DNA of 63,731 nt, filler included, from 18 parts of 18 records of this genome joined end to end with filler, not necessarily neighbours in it, one strand, 5' to 3'; positions 16,329 through 33,156 are shown, counted from the whole stretch's first letter. The notes: generated from the sequence alone by a model not told the origin. Numbers and translations: made by a program.

Positions 16329-17289
16329 ATAATCCCGGCCTGATAGAAATCCTGCAGGTTTATTGCGCCGGTGAGTTTGCCGTTTTCATCCACCACCGGT
16401 GCGGCAGTGATTTTGCGCTTCATCAGGATCTCTTTGGCGTCGATGGCGCGACTTTGCGATTGCAACGTGGTGCCGCCGACCGTCATCGCTTCATTGACTG
16501 GCGTGGTGAGTGCGCCGCCGCCAACCAGCCAGCGACGTAAATCGCCGTCGGTAAAGACGCCTTGTACCTGTTGTTGAGCGTCACATACCGCCACCAGCCC
16601 CAGACCGGTGCGGCTGAGTTCCAGCATCGCATCCATCACGCTGGCGGTTAACGCCACCTGTGGGATGGCATCGTCACGGCGCATCAGATGATGCACTTTA
16701 TTCAGCAAGCGAGCGCCCAGTGCCCCGGCTGGGTGGGAGCGGGCAAAATCTTCTTCATTAAATCCGCGCGCCTGCATGACCGCCATCGCCAGCGCGTCAC
16801 CCATCATCAGGGTATTGACGGTGCTGGAGGTCGGCGCAAGGTGCATCGGGCAGGCTTCGCGTTCTACGGAGATATCCAGCACCGCTTTTGCCGCCAGGCC
16901 CAGCGGTGACGTCGGTTTGCCGGTCATCGCCAGCAGCGCGATAGATTTATCTTCCAGACGCGGAATAATCAGATCCAGTTCCTTCGCGCCACCGGAGTAA
17001 GAGATAAACAGCATCACATCGCGGCTTTCGATCATCCCCAGATCGCCGTGCAGCGCTTCTGCCGGATGGACAAAAAAGCCGGAGTGCCGGTACTGGCAAG
17101 CGTTGCGGCGATTTTCTTACCAATGTGGCCCGATTTGCCAATTCCCGAAACCACCACTTTGCCTTCACAGTGCAGGATGATATTGGCGGCGCGAACAAAA
17201 TCATCGCCCAGACGTTCCGGTAAACGGCTTGCTTCCTGCAACTCCAGCATTAACGTCTGACGTCCCGCGTTCAGTAGTGCTTCACTCAT
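16325..17289 (-). CDS. gutQ: Arabinose-5-phosphate isomerase (1-base deletion near 17072)
   Basis: SIS domain [15 protein letters not shown] plus CBS pair split over two frames at an A/T run. Confidence 0.94.
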
Positions 17290-18055
17290 TGCTCTCTCCG
17301 GTTATGATCACATCGATCCCTTTCTCTTCCAGCGCCTGACGAAACGCCGGATCGATACCTGCGTCGGTAATCAGCTTATCGACGCTTTCAAGACTGCAAA
17401 CTACGTTGGGGCTTTTACGGCCAAACTTTGATGAGTCCGCCATCAAAATCACTTCGCGCGCGGCATTGCACATTGCCTTACTGACGGTATAAACCTCGTT
17501 AAAGGTGGTTACGCCCGCATTGAGATCGATGCCGTCGGTGCCCATAAACAATTTATCGAAGGTGAAATGCTCGAAGGCATTCTCTGCCAGTTGCCCGTGA
17601 AATGAGGCCGATTTTTTGCGAAACGTTCCGCCTGGCATCAGGATAGTTTGTTCGTTATCCAGTTCGGATAGCGCATTGACGATATGCAGGCTGTTGGTCA
17701 TCACCGTGATGTTATTAAAGCGCGAGAGCAGGGGAACCATCTGCAAAACGGTACTGCCAGCATCAAGAATGATCGAATCGCCATCATGGATAAAACTAAC
17801 GGCAGCTTCTGCAATCAGCTCTTTCTTGTGGGTGTTGATGAGTGTTTTATGATCGATAGGCGGATCGGATTCCTCTTTATTCAACACCACTCCGCCATAA
17901 GTACGAATGACGGTTCCGGCATGTTCCAGAATGACCAGATCTTTGCGAATGGTTGTGCCTGTGGTGTCAAAGTATTGCGCCAATTCTTCAACCGAGCATT
18001 TACCCTGCTTTTGCAGATACTCCAGAATGGCGGCCTGACGCTGACGAGGTTTCAT
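17282..18055 (-). CDS. srlR: DeoR-family glucitol operon repressor
   Basis: 257 aa [14 protein letters not shown]. Confidence 0.97.
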
Positions 18056-18121
18056 GGGCGTGATTACCTGATTTAGGTTTCAAAATGATAACTTCGCAAG
18101 CAAGTAACATTCACAACGAAA

Positions 18122-18481
18122 TTATCCACGTTTCAGTTTAAGCGCCAATGATAGAGCATTCTGTGATAGTGGATCATGGGGAAAGATCACATCGGGCTGT
18201 AAATCACCCGCATGCATACCGGTAATTGCGGGAATTTTTTGCGGTCGGGCGAAGACGGTCAGTCCTTTCATAAACAAGGTGTCGACGATGCGCTGCTGAT
18301 CGTCCAGCGCGATGGCGACCACGACCCGCGGTTTAAAGCGCCCGCTGGAACGGCCCACGCCAACCCGCCCTTGCTGGCATAGTGTGTCGAAGGCACGGTT
18401 AAAACGAGAAATTTGCCAGCCGCCTAAGGCCAGTTGCGCACACCAGGCGATAACGGCGACGGTGATGAGTGCGGATACCAT
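18122..18481 (-). CDS. gutM: Glucitol operon activator
   Basis: 119 aa; position between srlD and srlR. Confidence 0.95.
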   Translation of the reverse strand: MVSALITVAVIAWCAQLALGGWQISRFNRAFDTLCQQGRVGVGRSSGRFKPRVVVAIALDDQQRIVDTLFMKGLTVFARPQKIPAITGMHAGDLQPDVIFPHDPLSQNALSLALKLKRG

Positions 18482-18515
18482 AACTTTTCCTTAATGTAGT
18501 GGCGGAAGTCCTGTA

Positions 18516-18542
18516 TGCCTGATGAGCGTAGCGCATCAGGCA
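18516..18542. repeat. REP-like palindrome
   Basis: TGCCTGATG-agcgtagcg-CATCAGGCA. Confidence 0.7.
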
Positions 18543-18585
18543 TTCTATAGTCTCACGGAGATCCTTAATGGATCTCCGCTGTTGA

Positions 18586-19740
<1,155 letters not shown>

Positions 19741-19750
19741 GTTTCAGCCT

Positions 19751-21287
<1,537 letters not shown>

Positions 21288-21392
21288 TTATTGTTTTATT
21301 ACCAAACGGCAACCTAATCTAATCAGATTGAAAGATTTAAAAGTGTTATTTTGATCGCAAAATGAAAGATAAATATTTTAATTTGAAAGTTT

Positions 21393-21417
21393 TCGTATAA
21401 CTTCGTATAATGTATGC
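21393..21417 (+). other. 454 Titanium paired-end circularisation linker remnant (contains 21 nt of loxP)
   Basis: TCGTATAACTTCGTATAATGTATGC at contig end; loxP arm plus spacer at 21397-21417. Confidence 0.9.
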
Positions 21418-21720
21418 NNNNNNNNNNNNNNNNNNNNNNNNNNNNNNNNNNNNNNNNNNNNTTAATTAATTAANNNNNNNNNNNNNNNNNNNNNNNNNNN
21501 NNNNNNNNNNNNNNNNNATAAATAAGGTTGAAAAGACGCGCTGACAATACGCCTTTTGACAGCATTTTTCACCTCCTAACTACTTAAAATTGCTATCATT
21601 CGTTATTGTTATCTAGTTGTGCAAAACATGCTAATGTAGCCACCAAATCATACTACAATTTATTAACTGTTAGCTATAATGGCGAAAAGCGATGCTGAAA
21701 GGTGTCAGCTTTGCAAAAAT

Positions 21721-21734
21721 TTGATTTGGATCAC
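21721..21734. promoter_or_regulatory. FNR-like site upstream of adhE
   Basis: TTGAT-TTGG-ATCAC against consensus TTGAT-N4-ATCAA. Confidence 0.6.
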
Positions 21735-21957
21735 GTAATCAGTACCCAGAAGTGAGTAATCTTGCTTACGCCACCTGGAAGTGACGCATTAGAGATAATA
21801 ACTCTAATGTTTAAACTCTTTTAGTAAATCACAGTGAGTGTGAGCGCGAGTAAGCTTTTGATTTTCATAGGTTAAGCAAATCATCACCGCACTGACTATA
21901 CTCTCGTATTCGAGCAGATGATTTACTAAAAAAGTTTAACATTATCAGGAGAGCATT

Positions 21958-24319
21958 ATGGCTGTTACTAATGTCGCTGAACTTAACGCACTCGTAGAGC
22001 GTGTAAAAAAAGCCCAGCGTGAATATGCCAGTTTCACTCAAGAGCAAGTAGACAAAATCTTCCGCGCCGCCGCTCTGGCTGCTGCAGATGCTCGAATCCC
22101 ACTCGCGAAAATGGCCGTTGCCGAATCCGGCATGGGTATCGTCGAAGATAAAGTGATCAAAAACCACTTTGCTTCTGAATATATCTACAACGCCTATAAA
22201 GATGAAAAAACCTGTGGTGTTCTGTCTGAAGACGACACTTTTGGTACCATCACTATCGCTGAACCAATCGGTATTATTTGCGGTATCGTTCCGACCACTA
22301 ACCCGACTTCAACTGCTATCTTCAAATCGCTGATCAGTCTGAAGACCCGTAACGCCATTATCTTCTCCCCGCACCCGCGTGCAAAAGATGCCACCAACAA
22401 AGCGGCTGATATCGTTCTGCAGGCTGCTATCGCTGCCGGTGCTCCGAAAGATCTGATCGGCTGGATCGATCAACCTTCTGTTGAACTGTCTAACGCACTG
22501 ATGCACCACCCAGACATCAACCTGATCCTCGCGACTGGTGGTCCGGGCATGGTTAAAGCCGCATACAGCTCCGGTAAACCAGCTATCGGTGTAGGCGCGG
22601 GCAACACTCCAGTTGTTATCGATGAAACTGCTGATATCAAACGTGCAGTTGCATCTGTACTGATGTCCAAAACCTTCGACAACGGCGTAATCTGTGCTTC
22701 TGAACAGTCTGTTGTTGTTGTTGACTCTGTTTATGACGCTGTACGTGAACGTTTTGCAACCCACGGCGGCTATCTGTTGCAGGGTAAAGAGCTGAAAGCT
22801 GTTCAGGATGTTATCCTGAAAAACGGTGCGCTGAACGCGGCTATCGTTGGTCAGCCAGCCTATAAAATTGCTGAACTGGCAGGCTTCTCTGTACCAGAAA
22901 ACACCAAGATTCTGATCGGTGAAGTGACCGTTGTTGATGAAAGCGAACCGTTCGCACATGAAAAACTGTCCCCGACTCTGGCAATGTACCGCGCTAAAGA
23001 TTTCGAAGACGCGGTAGAAAAAGCAGAGAAACTGGTTGCTATGGGCGGTATCGGTCATACCTCTTGCCTGTACACTGACCAGGATAACCAACCGGCTCGC
23101 GTTTCTTACTTCGGTCAGAAAATGAAAACGGCGCGTATCCTGATTAACACCCCAGCGTCTCAGGGTGGTATCGGTGACCTGTATAACTTCAAACTCGCAC
23201 CTTCCCTGACTCTGGGTTGTGGTTCTTGGGGTGGTAACTCCATCTCTGAAAACGTTGGTCCGAAACACCTGATCAACAAGAAAACCGTTGCTAAGCGAGC
23301 TGAAAACATGTTGTGGCACAAACTTCCGAAATCTATCTACTTCCGCCGTGGCTCCCTGCCAATCGCGCTGGATGAAGTGATTACTGATGGCCACAAACGT
23401 GCGCTCATCGTGACTGACCGCTTCCTGTTCAACAATGGTTATGCTGATCAGATCACTTCCGTACTGAAAGCAGCAGGCGTTGAAACTGAAGTCTTCTTCG
23501 AAGTAGAAGCGGACCCGACCCTGAGCATCGTTCGTAAAGGTGCAGAACTGGCAAACTCCTTCAAACCAGACGTGATTATCGCGCTGGGTGGTGGTTCCCC
23601 GATGGACGCCGCGAAGATCATGTGGGTTATGTACGAACATCCGGAAACTCACTTCGAAGAGCTGGCGCTGCGCTTTATGGATATCCGTAAACGTATCTAC
23701 AAGTTCCCGAAAATGGGCGTGAAAGCGAAAATGATCGCTGTCACCACCACTTCTGGTACAGGTTCTGAAGTCACTCCGTTTGCGGTTGTAACTGACGACG
23801 CTACTGGTCAGAAATATCCGCTGGCAGACTATGCGCTGACTCCGGATATGGCGATTGTCGACGCCAACCTGGTTATGGACATGCCGAAGTCCCTGTGTGC
23901 TTTCGGTGGTCTGGACGCAGTAACTCACGCCATGGAAGCTTATGTTTCTGTACTGGCATCTGAGTTCTCTGATGGTCAGGCTCTGCAGGCACTGAAACTG
24001 CTGAAAGAATATCTGCCAGCGTCCTACCACGAAGGGTCTAAAAATCCGGTAGCGCGTGAACGTGTTCACAGTGCAGCGACTATCGCGGGTATCGCGTTTG
24101 CGAACGCCTTCCTGGGTGTATGTCACTCAATGGCGCACAAACTGGGTTCCCAGTTCCATATTCCGCACGGTCTGGCAAACGCCCTGCTGATTTGTAACGT
24201 TATTCGCTACAATGCGAACGACAACCCGACCAAGCAGACTGCATTCAGCCAGTATGACCGTCCGCAGGCTCGCCGTCGTTATGCTGAAATTGCCGACCAC
24301 TTGGGTCTGAGCGCACCGG
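21958..24319 (+). CDS. adhE: Bifunctional aldehyde/alcohol dehydrogenase, 3' truncated
   Basis: [38 protein letters not shown]. Confidence 0.98.
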
Positions 24320-24446
24320 NNNNNNNNNNNNNNNNNNNNNNNNNNNNNNNNNNNNNNNNNNNNTTAATTAATTAANNNNNNNNNNNNNNNNNNNNNNNNN
24401 NNNNNNNNNNNNNNNNNNNAATGCAGTACCCCGGTGTAGGGAGGTT

Positions 24447-24751
24447 TTAACGGCGTGCCAGCAACAGTCCTAGTACCAGCCCAACGGCCGCGCCCACACC
24501 AATTCCTTGCCAGGGTTTTCGTGGACGTAGTCATCAGCACGATAAACTGCCTGCTTCGCCCGATAGTAATAACTGTCTGAAGCCTGGCTAACCCGTTTTT
24601 TCACATCATCCAGCGCTTTTTCTGCACGCGCTTTCAGCTCAACATATTTCTGATCGGCGGGATCGCCAGAGGAGCGGAGCACCTCTTCCAGTGTTTCACT
24701 AAGCAGCGTCAGGTCGTCATCGATACGTGTATCACCAAACTGATTAGACAT
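24447..24751 (-). CDS. elaB: Tail-anchored stress protein (1-base deletion near 24517)
   Basis: MSNQFGDTRIDDDL; shifted frame ends PWQGIGVGAAVGLVLGLLLARR. Confidence 0.92.
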
Positions 24752-24805
24752 TCTCGTTCTCCATTTGCGTAAAACCTGTCACTAACTATAGACAAGGGTT
24801 GTTGA

Positions 24806-25267
24806 TTACGCCTGAATTACCTCGCGTGCCATCCCAATGTGTGGGATACCATCTTCTTCATAGACCTCCGTCACAGGGATAAAACCGAAACTCTGGTAGA
24901 AGTTTTGCAGATGCGCCTGCGCCCCGAGGTAAACAGGCTTATCAGGCCAGTGATGCGTACATGTTTCGAGTGTTTTACTCATCAGCTGCTGCCCCACTTT
25001 TTCGCCACGCAACGCTTCACTGACAATCACCCGACCTATAACGACCGGCTCAAGATCATCATCACTTTTCAGAATCCTCGCATACGCCACCAGTTCATCA
25101 TTTTTCCAACCGAGAATATGGCGATTATCCCCCGTCAAATCATCACCATCGATATCCTGATAAGGGCAATTCTGCTCGACAACAAACACCGCGCAACGCA
25201 GTTGTAATAAGGCATAAAGCTGGGAAACCGATAATTCAGAGTGATGCAGATCTTGCCATTCAATCAT
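24806..25267 (-). CDS. elaA: GNAT acetyltransferase
   Basis: 153 aa, VFVVEQNCPYQDID. Confidence 0.95.
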   Translation of the reverse strand: MIEWQDLHHSELSVSQLYALLQLRCAVFVVEQNCPYQDIDGDDLTGDNRHILGWKNDELVAYARILKSDDDLEPVVIGRVIVSEALRGEKVGQQLMSKTLETCTHHWPDKPVYLGAQAHLQNFYQSFGFIPVTEVYEEDGIPHIGMAREVIQA

Positions 25268-25331
25268 AATGCTCTCCTTTTAGATGTATGCCTTATACTA
25301 GCCGGAATATTTTTTGAAACGTGATGAACTC

Positions 25332-26248
25332 ATGGAATTAATTTTTTTAGGTACTTCAGCCGGTGTGCCAACCCGCACGCGCAATGTCACGGCAATATTG
25401 CTTAACCTGCAACATCCGACCCAGAGCGGACTTTGGTTGTTTGACTGCGGTGAAGGCACCCAGCATCAGCTACTGCATACCGCCTTTAACCCTGGAAAAC
25501 TGGACAAGATTTTTATCAGTCACCTTCATGGCGATCATCTTTTGGTTTACCCGGCTTGCTGTGCAGTCGTTCTATGTCAGGCATTATCCAACCCTTAACG
25601 ATTTATGGTCCGCAAGGTATCCGTGAATTTGTGGAAACCGCGCTGCGGATTAGCGGCTCATGGACCGATTATCCGCTGGAAATTGTCGAAATTGGCGCTG
25701 GCGAAATTCTCGATGATGGCCTGCGCAAAGTAACCGCTTATCCGCTGGAACACCCACTGGAATGTTATGGCTATCGTATTGAAGAACATGATAAACCGGG
25801 TGCATTAAATGCCCAGGCATTAAAAGCTGCTGGCGTGCCGCCTGGCCCACTGTTTCAGGAATTAAAAGCGGGCAAAACAATCACGCTGGAAGATGGAAGG
25901 CAGATTAACGGCGCAGATTACTTAGCTGCTCCAGTGCCAGGTAAAGCGCTCGCTATTTTCGGCGATACCGGCCCCTGCGATGCCGCACTTGACCTGGCTA
26001 AAGGTGTCGATGTCATGGTGCACGAAGCGACGCTGGATATAACCATGGAAGCCAAAGCCAATAGTCGCGGCCATAGCTCTACACGCCAGGCTGCGACACT
26101 AGCCCGTGAGGCTGGAGTCGGCAAGCTAATCATTACCCACGTCAGCTCGCGCTATGATGACAAAGGTTGTCAGCACCTGTTACGTGAATGCAGGTCAATT
26201 TTCCCGGCGACTGAACTGGCGAATGATTTCACCGTGTTTAACGTTTAA
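25332..26248 (+). CDS. rbn: RNase BN/Z (1-base deletion near 25541)
   Basis: [17 protein letters not shown] metallo-beta-lactamase motif, HEAT, THVSSRY. Confidence 0.95.
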
Positions 26249-26435
26249 CTCTGCTTATTATTAAAAACAGGGCGAAACTTGCCCTGTTATCGCAACCCGC
26301 GCTACATATATCCACCCACACAGGCATATTGAGCGATTTTTGATATTTATTCATCTCCTTACGCACTATATTCAGAGCAATAAGTTGCCTCTTTTCATCT
26401 TGATTCAGCACAACCTTTGCAACTAAAAGGAGCCC

Positions 26436-26747
26436 ATGATGGTTACAGTTGTCAGCAATTATTGTCAATTATCTCAAACGCAACTCAGTCAGACATTTGC
26501 AGAAAAATTTACTGTGACCGAGGAATTACTGCAGTCTTTAAAAAAAACAGCGTTATCCGGAGATGAAGAAAGCATTGAGTTACTGCATAATATTGCGTTA
26601 GGTTATGATAAATTTGGGAAAGAAGCTGAAGATATTCTTTACCATATTGTTAGAACCCCAACAAATGAGACCCTATCGATTATCCGACTTATCAAAAATG
26701 CTTGTTTAAAATTATATAATCTGGCACATATCGCAACCAACTCCCCC
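26436..26747 (+). CDS. elaD: Deubiquitinase-like protease, 5' part
   Basis: [16 protein letters not shown]-rich; follows rbn as in K-12. Confidence 0.85.
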
Positions 26748-26847
26748 NNNNNNNNNNNNNNNNNNNNNNNNNNNNNNNNNNNNNNNNNNNNTTAATTAAT
26801 TAANNNNNNNNNNNNNNNNNNNNNNNNNNNNNNNNNNNNNNNNNNNN

Positions 26848-27828
26848 AAGCTGAATATCCGTCGGCGGTATGGTGCGCGCCAGTTCACGCATCCGCAGCT
26901 CGATGGCGGCCATGTCGTTGCCAAGTGCAGCAGGCGAAAGTTGTACCATCGCAATACGATGCAACAGGCCGAGCATTTCCACCAGCAACGCTTCCCACTC
27001 GATACCACGGGCAGCGGCTTCATTAATCAGCGCCATTACGCGCTCGCCGTTGGCCTCGACCATCGCTTCAACCAGCGACAGCGCCTGATCGTCGTCAAGC
27101 GTACCCAGCATCGCACTGACCGCCTGGGTTGAAACCTGGCCGTCACCGCTGGCAATCGCCTGGTCGGTCAGACTTAAGGCATCTCGCAGGCTGCCTTCAG
27201 CGGCGCGTGCCAGCAATTGCAGCGCCCGCGGCTCGTGAGCGATATGTTCTTCGTTGAGGATGTGCTCAAGCTGATGGCGAATTTGCTCGACATCCAGCGC
27301 CTTGAGATGAAATTGCAGACAGCGTGACAAAATCGTCACCGGCAATTTCTGTGGATCGGTCGTCGCCAGCAGAAACTTAACGTGCTCCGGCGGCTCTTCA
27401 AGGGTTTTTAACAGTGCGTTAAAGCTGTGGCGCGACAGCATATGCACTTCGTCGATCAGATAAACTTTGAAACGACCACGCGCCGGAGCGTACTGGACGT
27501 TATCCAGCAGGTCGCGGGTATCTTCAACTTTGGTGCGCGAGGCGGCGTCGATTTCAATCAGATCGACAAAGCGCCCCTGCTCGATTTCACGACAGTTATC
27601 GCACACGCCGCACGGCGTCGCGGTAATGCCGGTTTCGCAGTTTAGCCCCTTCGCCAGCAGTCGGGCGATAGAGGTTTTTCCGACGCCACGGGTGCCGGAA
27701 AAAAGATAAGCATGATGAATACGCCCTAACGACAAGCCGTTCGCCAGTGCGGTCAGCACATGTTCCTGGCCGACGACGTCAGCAAAGGTTTGTGGGCGCC
27801 ATTTTCGGGCTAAGACCTGATAACTCAT
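26848..27828 (-). CDS. dnaX: DNA polymerase III tau/gamma, 5' part
   Basis: MSYQVLARKWRPQ, GTRGVGKT, DEVHML, SRC. Confidence 0.98.
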
Positions 27829-27956
27829 TGGCAGGCTCTGAAACGCTGGAAGGTGGATTCACGAAGGGGTAATGCTAACACAGCCCCGTCAGAACGGCGA
27901 GGCTGAATGCACATCTTGTGCTGTCCGTAGCGTGGGCAGCACAAGACTGGCGATAA

Positions 27957-28508
27957 TTAATGGCCCGGGAACGGGACAAGGCTGTAGCTGGTAATGCCCT
28001 GTTTTTCGAGACGCTGTTCGCCGCCGAGATCGAACAGGTTGATAATGAACGCAGCGTCAGCCACTTCACCACCCAGACGACGGATCAGTTTAACGGTCGC
28101 TTCGATAGTGCCGCCGGTTGCCAGCAGGTCGTCCACCACCAGAACTTTGTCGCCCGGTTTGATGGCATCAACGTGGATCTCCAGCTGATCGGTGCCGTAT
28201 TCCAGGTCGTAAGTTTCACTGATGGTTTCACGCGGCAGTTTGCCCGGTTTACGGACCGGTACAAAGCCAACGCCCAGACCCAGAGCTACCGGAGCGCCAA
28301 ACAAGAAGCCACGCGCTTCGGTGCCGACAACTTTGGTAATGCCCGCATTTTTGTAACGCTCAACCAGCAAGTCGATGCTGAGAGCGTAAGCTTTCGGGTC
28401 TTCCAGTAAGCTGGTGACATCGCGGAAAAGAATGCCGGGTTTTGGGTAGTCCTGAATGCTTTTGATGCTATTTTTGAGATACTCAAGCTGCTGTGCAGTC
28501 GCGGTCAT
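27957..28508 (-). CDS. apt: Adenine phosphoribosyltransferase
   Basis: ATG 28508 [25 protein letters not shown] motif. Confidence 0.97.
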
Positions 28509-28660
28509 AAGTGTATGCCTGCTTGTTACGGTGGTACTCACGGCGCGTTTTAAACGTATCAAAAGTAACAGTTGTTTAACCTTTGACCGCCTGCGCCTGT
28601 GCTCGAAAACGCCAGAATGTACTGGCTGTACGCAATAATTGCAACTGCGATTGTTGTGCT

Positions 28661-29038
28661 TCAGTGCTTTTCTTGCTTTTCATCAATCACCGGAATTCGC
28701 CACATATAGAAAAGCAAACAGGCGAGAATTACCAGCAACATGATGCGCACCCATGGCATCTGGACGAACCACAGAGAAATGGCAAACGTGAGCAAAATAA
28801 GCAAAATCGCCCGCGGTTTGACGCCGCGCGGCATCGCATGATGTTTCTGCCAGAAACGTAGATAGCTGCCAAACCATGAGCGGTACAGCAACCAGGCGTG
28901 AAAGCGCGGGGAAGAACGGGCAAAGCACCAGGCCGCCAGCAGGATAAACGGCGTCGTCGGTAATACCGGTAATACCACGCCCAGCGTACCCAGCACTACC
29001 GCCAGCCAGCCAATGATGATTAAAATGATTCGTTGCAT
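28661..29038 (-). CDS. ybaN: DUF454 inner membrane protein
   Basis: 125 aa, LPVLPTTPF. Confidence 0.94.
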
Positions 29039-29107
29039 ATTGAGTGTTGTCAGCTTACAGAGTGGCTACTTTAGCATAACAATTATCATTTTCATTGAGG
29101 TCTTATC

Positions 29108-29635
29108 GTGAAAACCGCCCTGCTGCTGGAAAAACTGGAAGGACAGCTCGCTACGCTGCGTCAGCGTTGTGCCCCGGTGTCACAGTTCGCCACGCTAAGT
29201 GCTCGTTTCGACAGGCATCTTTTTCAGACTCGTGCGACAACACTACAGGCTTGTCTCGACGAGGCGGGCGATAATCTGGCTGCGCTTCGTCATGCAGTTG
29301 AGCAGCAACAGCTGCCGCAAGTGGCCTGGCTGGCGGAACATCTGGCGGCACAACTGGAAGCCATCGCGCGTGAAGCCTCCGCCTGGTCATTGCGCGAGTG
29401 GGACAGTGCACCACCGAAAATTGCCCGCTGGCAGCGTAAACGTATTCAGCATCAGGATTTTGAGCGGCGGCTACGTGAGATGGTTGCCGAACGCAGAGCC
29501 CGTCTGGCGCGGGTGACCGATCTCGTGGAACAGCAAACGCTGCATCGTGAAGTGGAAGCCTATGAAGCGCGCCTGGCACGCTGCCGCCATGCGCTGGAAA
29601 AAATCGAAAACAGGTTAGCGCGTTTAACCCGCTAG
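29108..29635 (+). CDS. priC: Primosomal replication restart protein
   Basis: 175 aa, GTG start, [13 protein letters not shown]. Confidence 0.95.
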
Positions 29636-29648
29636 CAATGGAGAGAAT

Positions 29649-29810
29649 ATGTCACTGGAAAATGCCCCTGACGATGTCAAACTGGCTGTCGATTTGATTG
29701 TGCTGCTGGAGGAAAATCAGATCCCTGCCAGTACCGTGCTGCGCGCGCTGGATATTGTAAAGCGTGATTATGAAAAGAAATTAACGCGCGATGATGAGGC
29801 GGAAAAGTGA
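29649..29810 (+). CDS. ybaM: 53-aa DUF2496 protein (below ORF-track cutoff)
   Basis: [25 protein letters not shown]...DDEAEK after priC. Confidence 0.9.
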
Positions 29811-29862
29811 GAAATAAATGGGGTCGCTAAATGTCCCCTAAGGTTGCGGGCAAACGCAAAAC

Positions 29863-29878
29863 TGCCTGATGCGCTACG
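29863..29878. repeat. REP element start at contig end
   Basis: TGCCTGATGCGCTACG. Confidence 0.7.
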
Positions 29879-29978
29879 NNNNNNNNNNNNNNNNNNNNNN
29901 NNNNNNNNNNNNNNNNNNNNNNTTAATTAATTAANNNNNNNNNNNNNNNNNNNNNNNNNNNNNNNNNNNNNNNNNNNN

Positions 29979-30662
29979 TTTCCTCGTTCCAACCCCCTTT
30001 CGCCCGGCAACAGCAATTACTGAAGCCTGGGAAACTCTGCGCGAAGGGTTAGAGACAACGCCGTTTCTGACGCTCACCGGCTACGGGCGGCAACTGGTGG
30101 ATTTTGCCGATAAACAGGTAACGGAAATCTCCTGTCACGGGCTGGGCGCACGGTTTCTTGCGCCAGCAACGCGCGCGGTAATCGACATCGGTGGTCAGGA
30201 CAACAAAGTGATTCAGCTTGATGATGACGGTAACCTGTGCGATTTCCTGATGAATGACAAATGCGCGGCGGGCACCGGGCGTTTCCTGGAGGTGATCTCG
30301 CGCACGCTTGGCACCAGCGTCGAGCAACTCGACAGCATTACCGAAAATGTCACGCCGCACGCCATCACGAGTATGTGCACAGTGTTTGCTGAATCAGAAG
30401 CGATCAGCCTGCGCTCAGCGGGCGTCGCGCCAGAAGCGATTCTCGCAGGAGTGATTAACGCGATGGCGCGGAGGAGTGCCAATTTCATTGCTCGTCTCTC
30501 CTGTGAAGCGCCGATTCTGTTTACTGGTGGCGTTAGTCATTGCCAGAAGTTTGCCCGGATGCTGGAATCTCACCTGCGAATGCCGGTAAATACCCATCCT
30601 GATGCGCAATTTGCTGGCGCAATTGGCGCGGCGGTAATTGGTCAACGAGTGAGGACACGCCG

Positions 30663-30666
<4 letters not shown>
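29979..30666 (+). CDS. yjiL: 2-hydroxyacyl-CoA dehydratase activator-type ATPase, 5' truncated
   Basis: TGYGR, IDIGGQD, NDKCAAGTG, CTVFAESE. Confidence 0.92.
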
Positions 30667-31845
<1,179 letters not shown>

Positions 31846-31912
31846 CAGGCTGGCATGCTTCACCTTTTTGTTATTAACTTGTTAACAACAAAAATGACAA
31901 ACAAGGTTAAAC

Positions 31913-32954
31913 ATGCCTTCGTCCACGCATCCCGTAGAACGCTTTTCTTTCAGCACCGCGCTTTTCGGGATGCTGGTTCTGACCTTAGGTATGGGTTTAG
32001 GCCGCTTCCTTTATACGCCTATGTTGCCCGTCATGATGGCGGAAGGATCGTTTTCATTTAGCCAGCTCTCGTGGATTGCCAGCGGCAACTATGCGGGGTA
32101 TCTGGCTGGCAGTCTGCTATTTTCTTTTGGCGCATTTCACCAGCCATCGCGCCTGCGCCCATTTCTGTTGGCTTCTGCCCTGGCGAGCGGGTTGTTGATC
32201 CTCGCAATGGCATGGTTGCCGCCATTTATTCTGGTGTTATTGATTCGCGTCCTGGCGGGTGTCGCCAGCGCCGGTATGCTGATTTTTGGTTCGACGCTGA
32301 TTATGCAGCACACGCGCCATCCTTTTGTGCTGGCAGCTTTGTTTTCTGGCGTTGGCATTGGCATCGCACTGGGCAATGAATATGTTCTGGCAGGCCTGCA
32401 TTTTGACCTCTCCTCGCAAACGTTATGGCAAGGCGCCGGGGCGCTTTCTGGCATGATGCTGATTGCACTTACGCTTTTAATGCCCTCGAAAAAACACGCC
32501 ATCACACCAATGCCATTGGCAAAAACGGAGCAACAGATAATGAGCTGGTGGTTACTGGCTATTCTGTACGGCCTGGCGGGATTTGGTTATATCATCGTCG
32601 CGACTTACCTGCCGCTCATGGCGAAAGATGCAGGCTCACCATTGTTAACCGCCCATCTCTGGACGTTAGTCGGCTTATCAATTGTGCCTGGTTGCTTTGG
32701 CTGGCTATGGGCAGCAAAACGTTGGGGGCTTTGCCCTGCCTGACGGCGAATTTGCTGGTGCAGGCTATCTGTGTGCTGCTTACTCTCGCCAGCGACTCGC
32801 CTCTCTTGCTTATCATCAGCAGTCTTGGTTTTGGCGGTACCTTTATGGGCACGACATCTCTGGTGATGACTATCGCCCGCCAACTGAGCGTACCGGGAAA
32901 TCTCAATCTTTTAGGCTTTGTGACGCTCATTTACGGCATTGGGCAAATCCTCGG
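31913..32954 (+). CDS. yjiJ: YbfB/YjiJ MFS transporter, 3' truncated, indel in G run near 32725
   Basis: [14 protein letters not shown]; second frame continues [13 protein letters not shown]. Confidence 0.9.
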
Positions 32955-33054
32955 NNNNNNNNNNNNNNNNNNNNNNNNNNNNNNNNNNNNNNNNNNNNTT
33001 AATTAATTAANNNNNNNNNNNNNNNNNNNNNNNNNNNNNNNNNNNNNNNNNNNN

Positions 33055-33156
33055 CGTACTGGCCGCAACCCGCAGACCGGTAAAGAGATCACCATCGCTG
33101 CTGCTAAAGTACCGAGCTTCCGTGCAGGTAAAGCACTGAAAGACGCGGTAAACTAA
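33055..33156 (+). CDS. hupB: HU beta subunit, 3' end
   Basis: [33 protein letters not shown]. Confidence 0.95.

Noticed and set aside
21397-21417. Engineered Cre/loxP scar or P1 prophage
   Set aside because: Truncated at the contig end and preceded by TCGT as in the 454 linker; no P1 or marker sequence present
22309-24126. 605-aa antisense ORF within adhE (also 53287-54474 in nrdD and 33360-34133 in ppiD)
   Set aside because: Shadow frames from codon bias of well-expressed genes; no recognisable motifs
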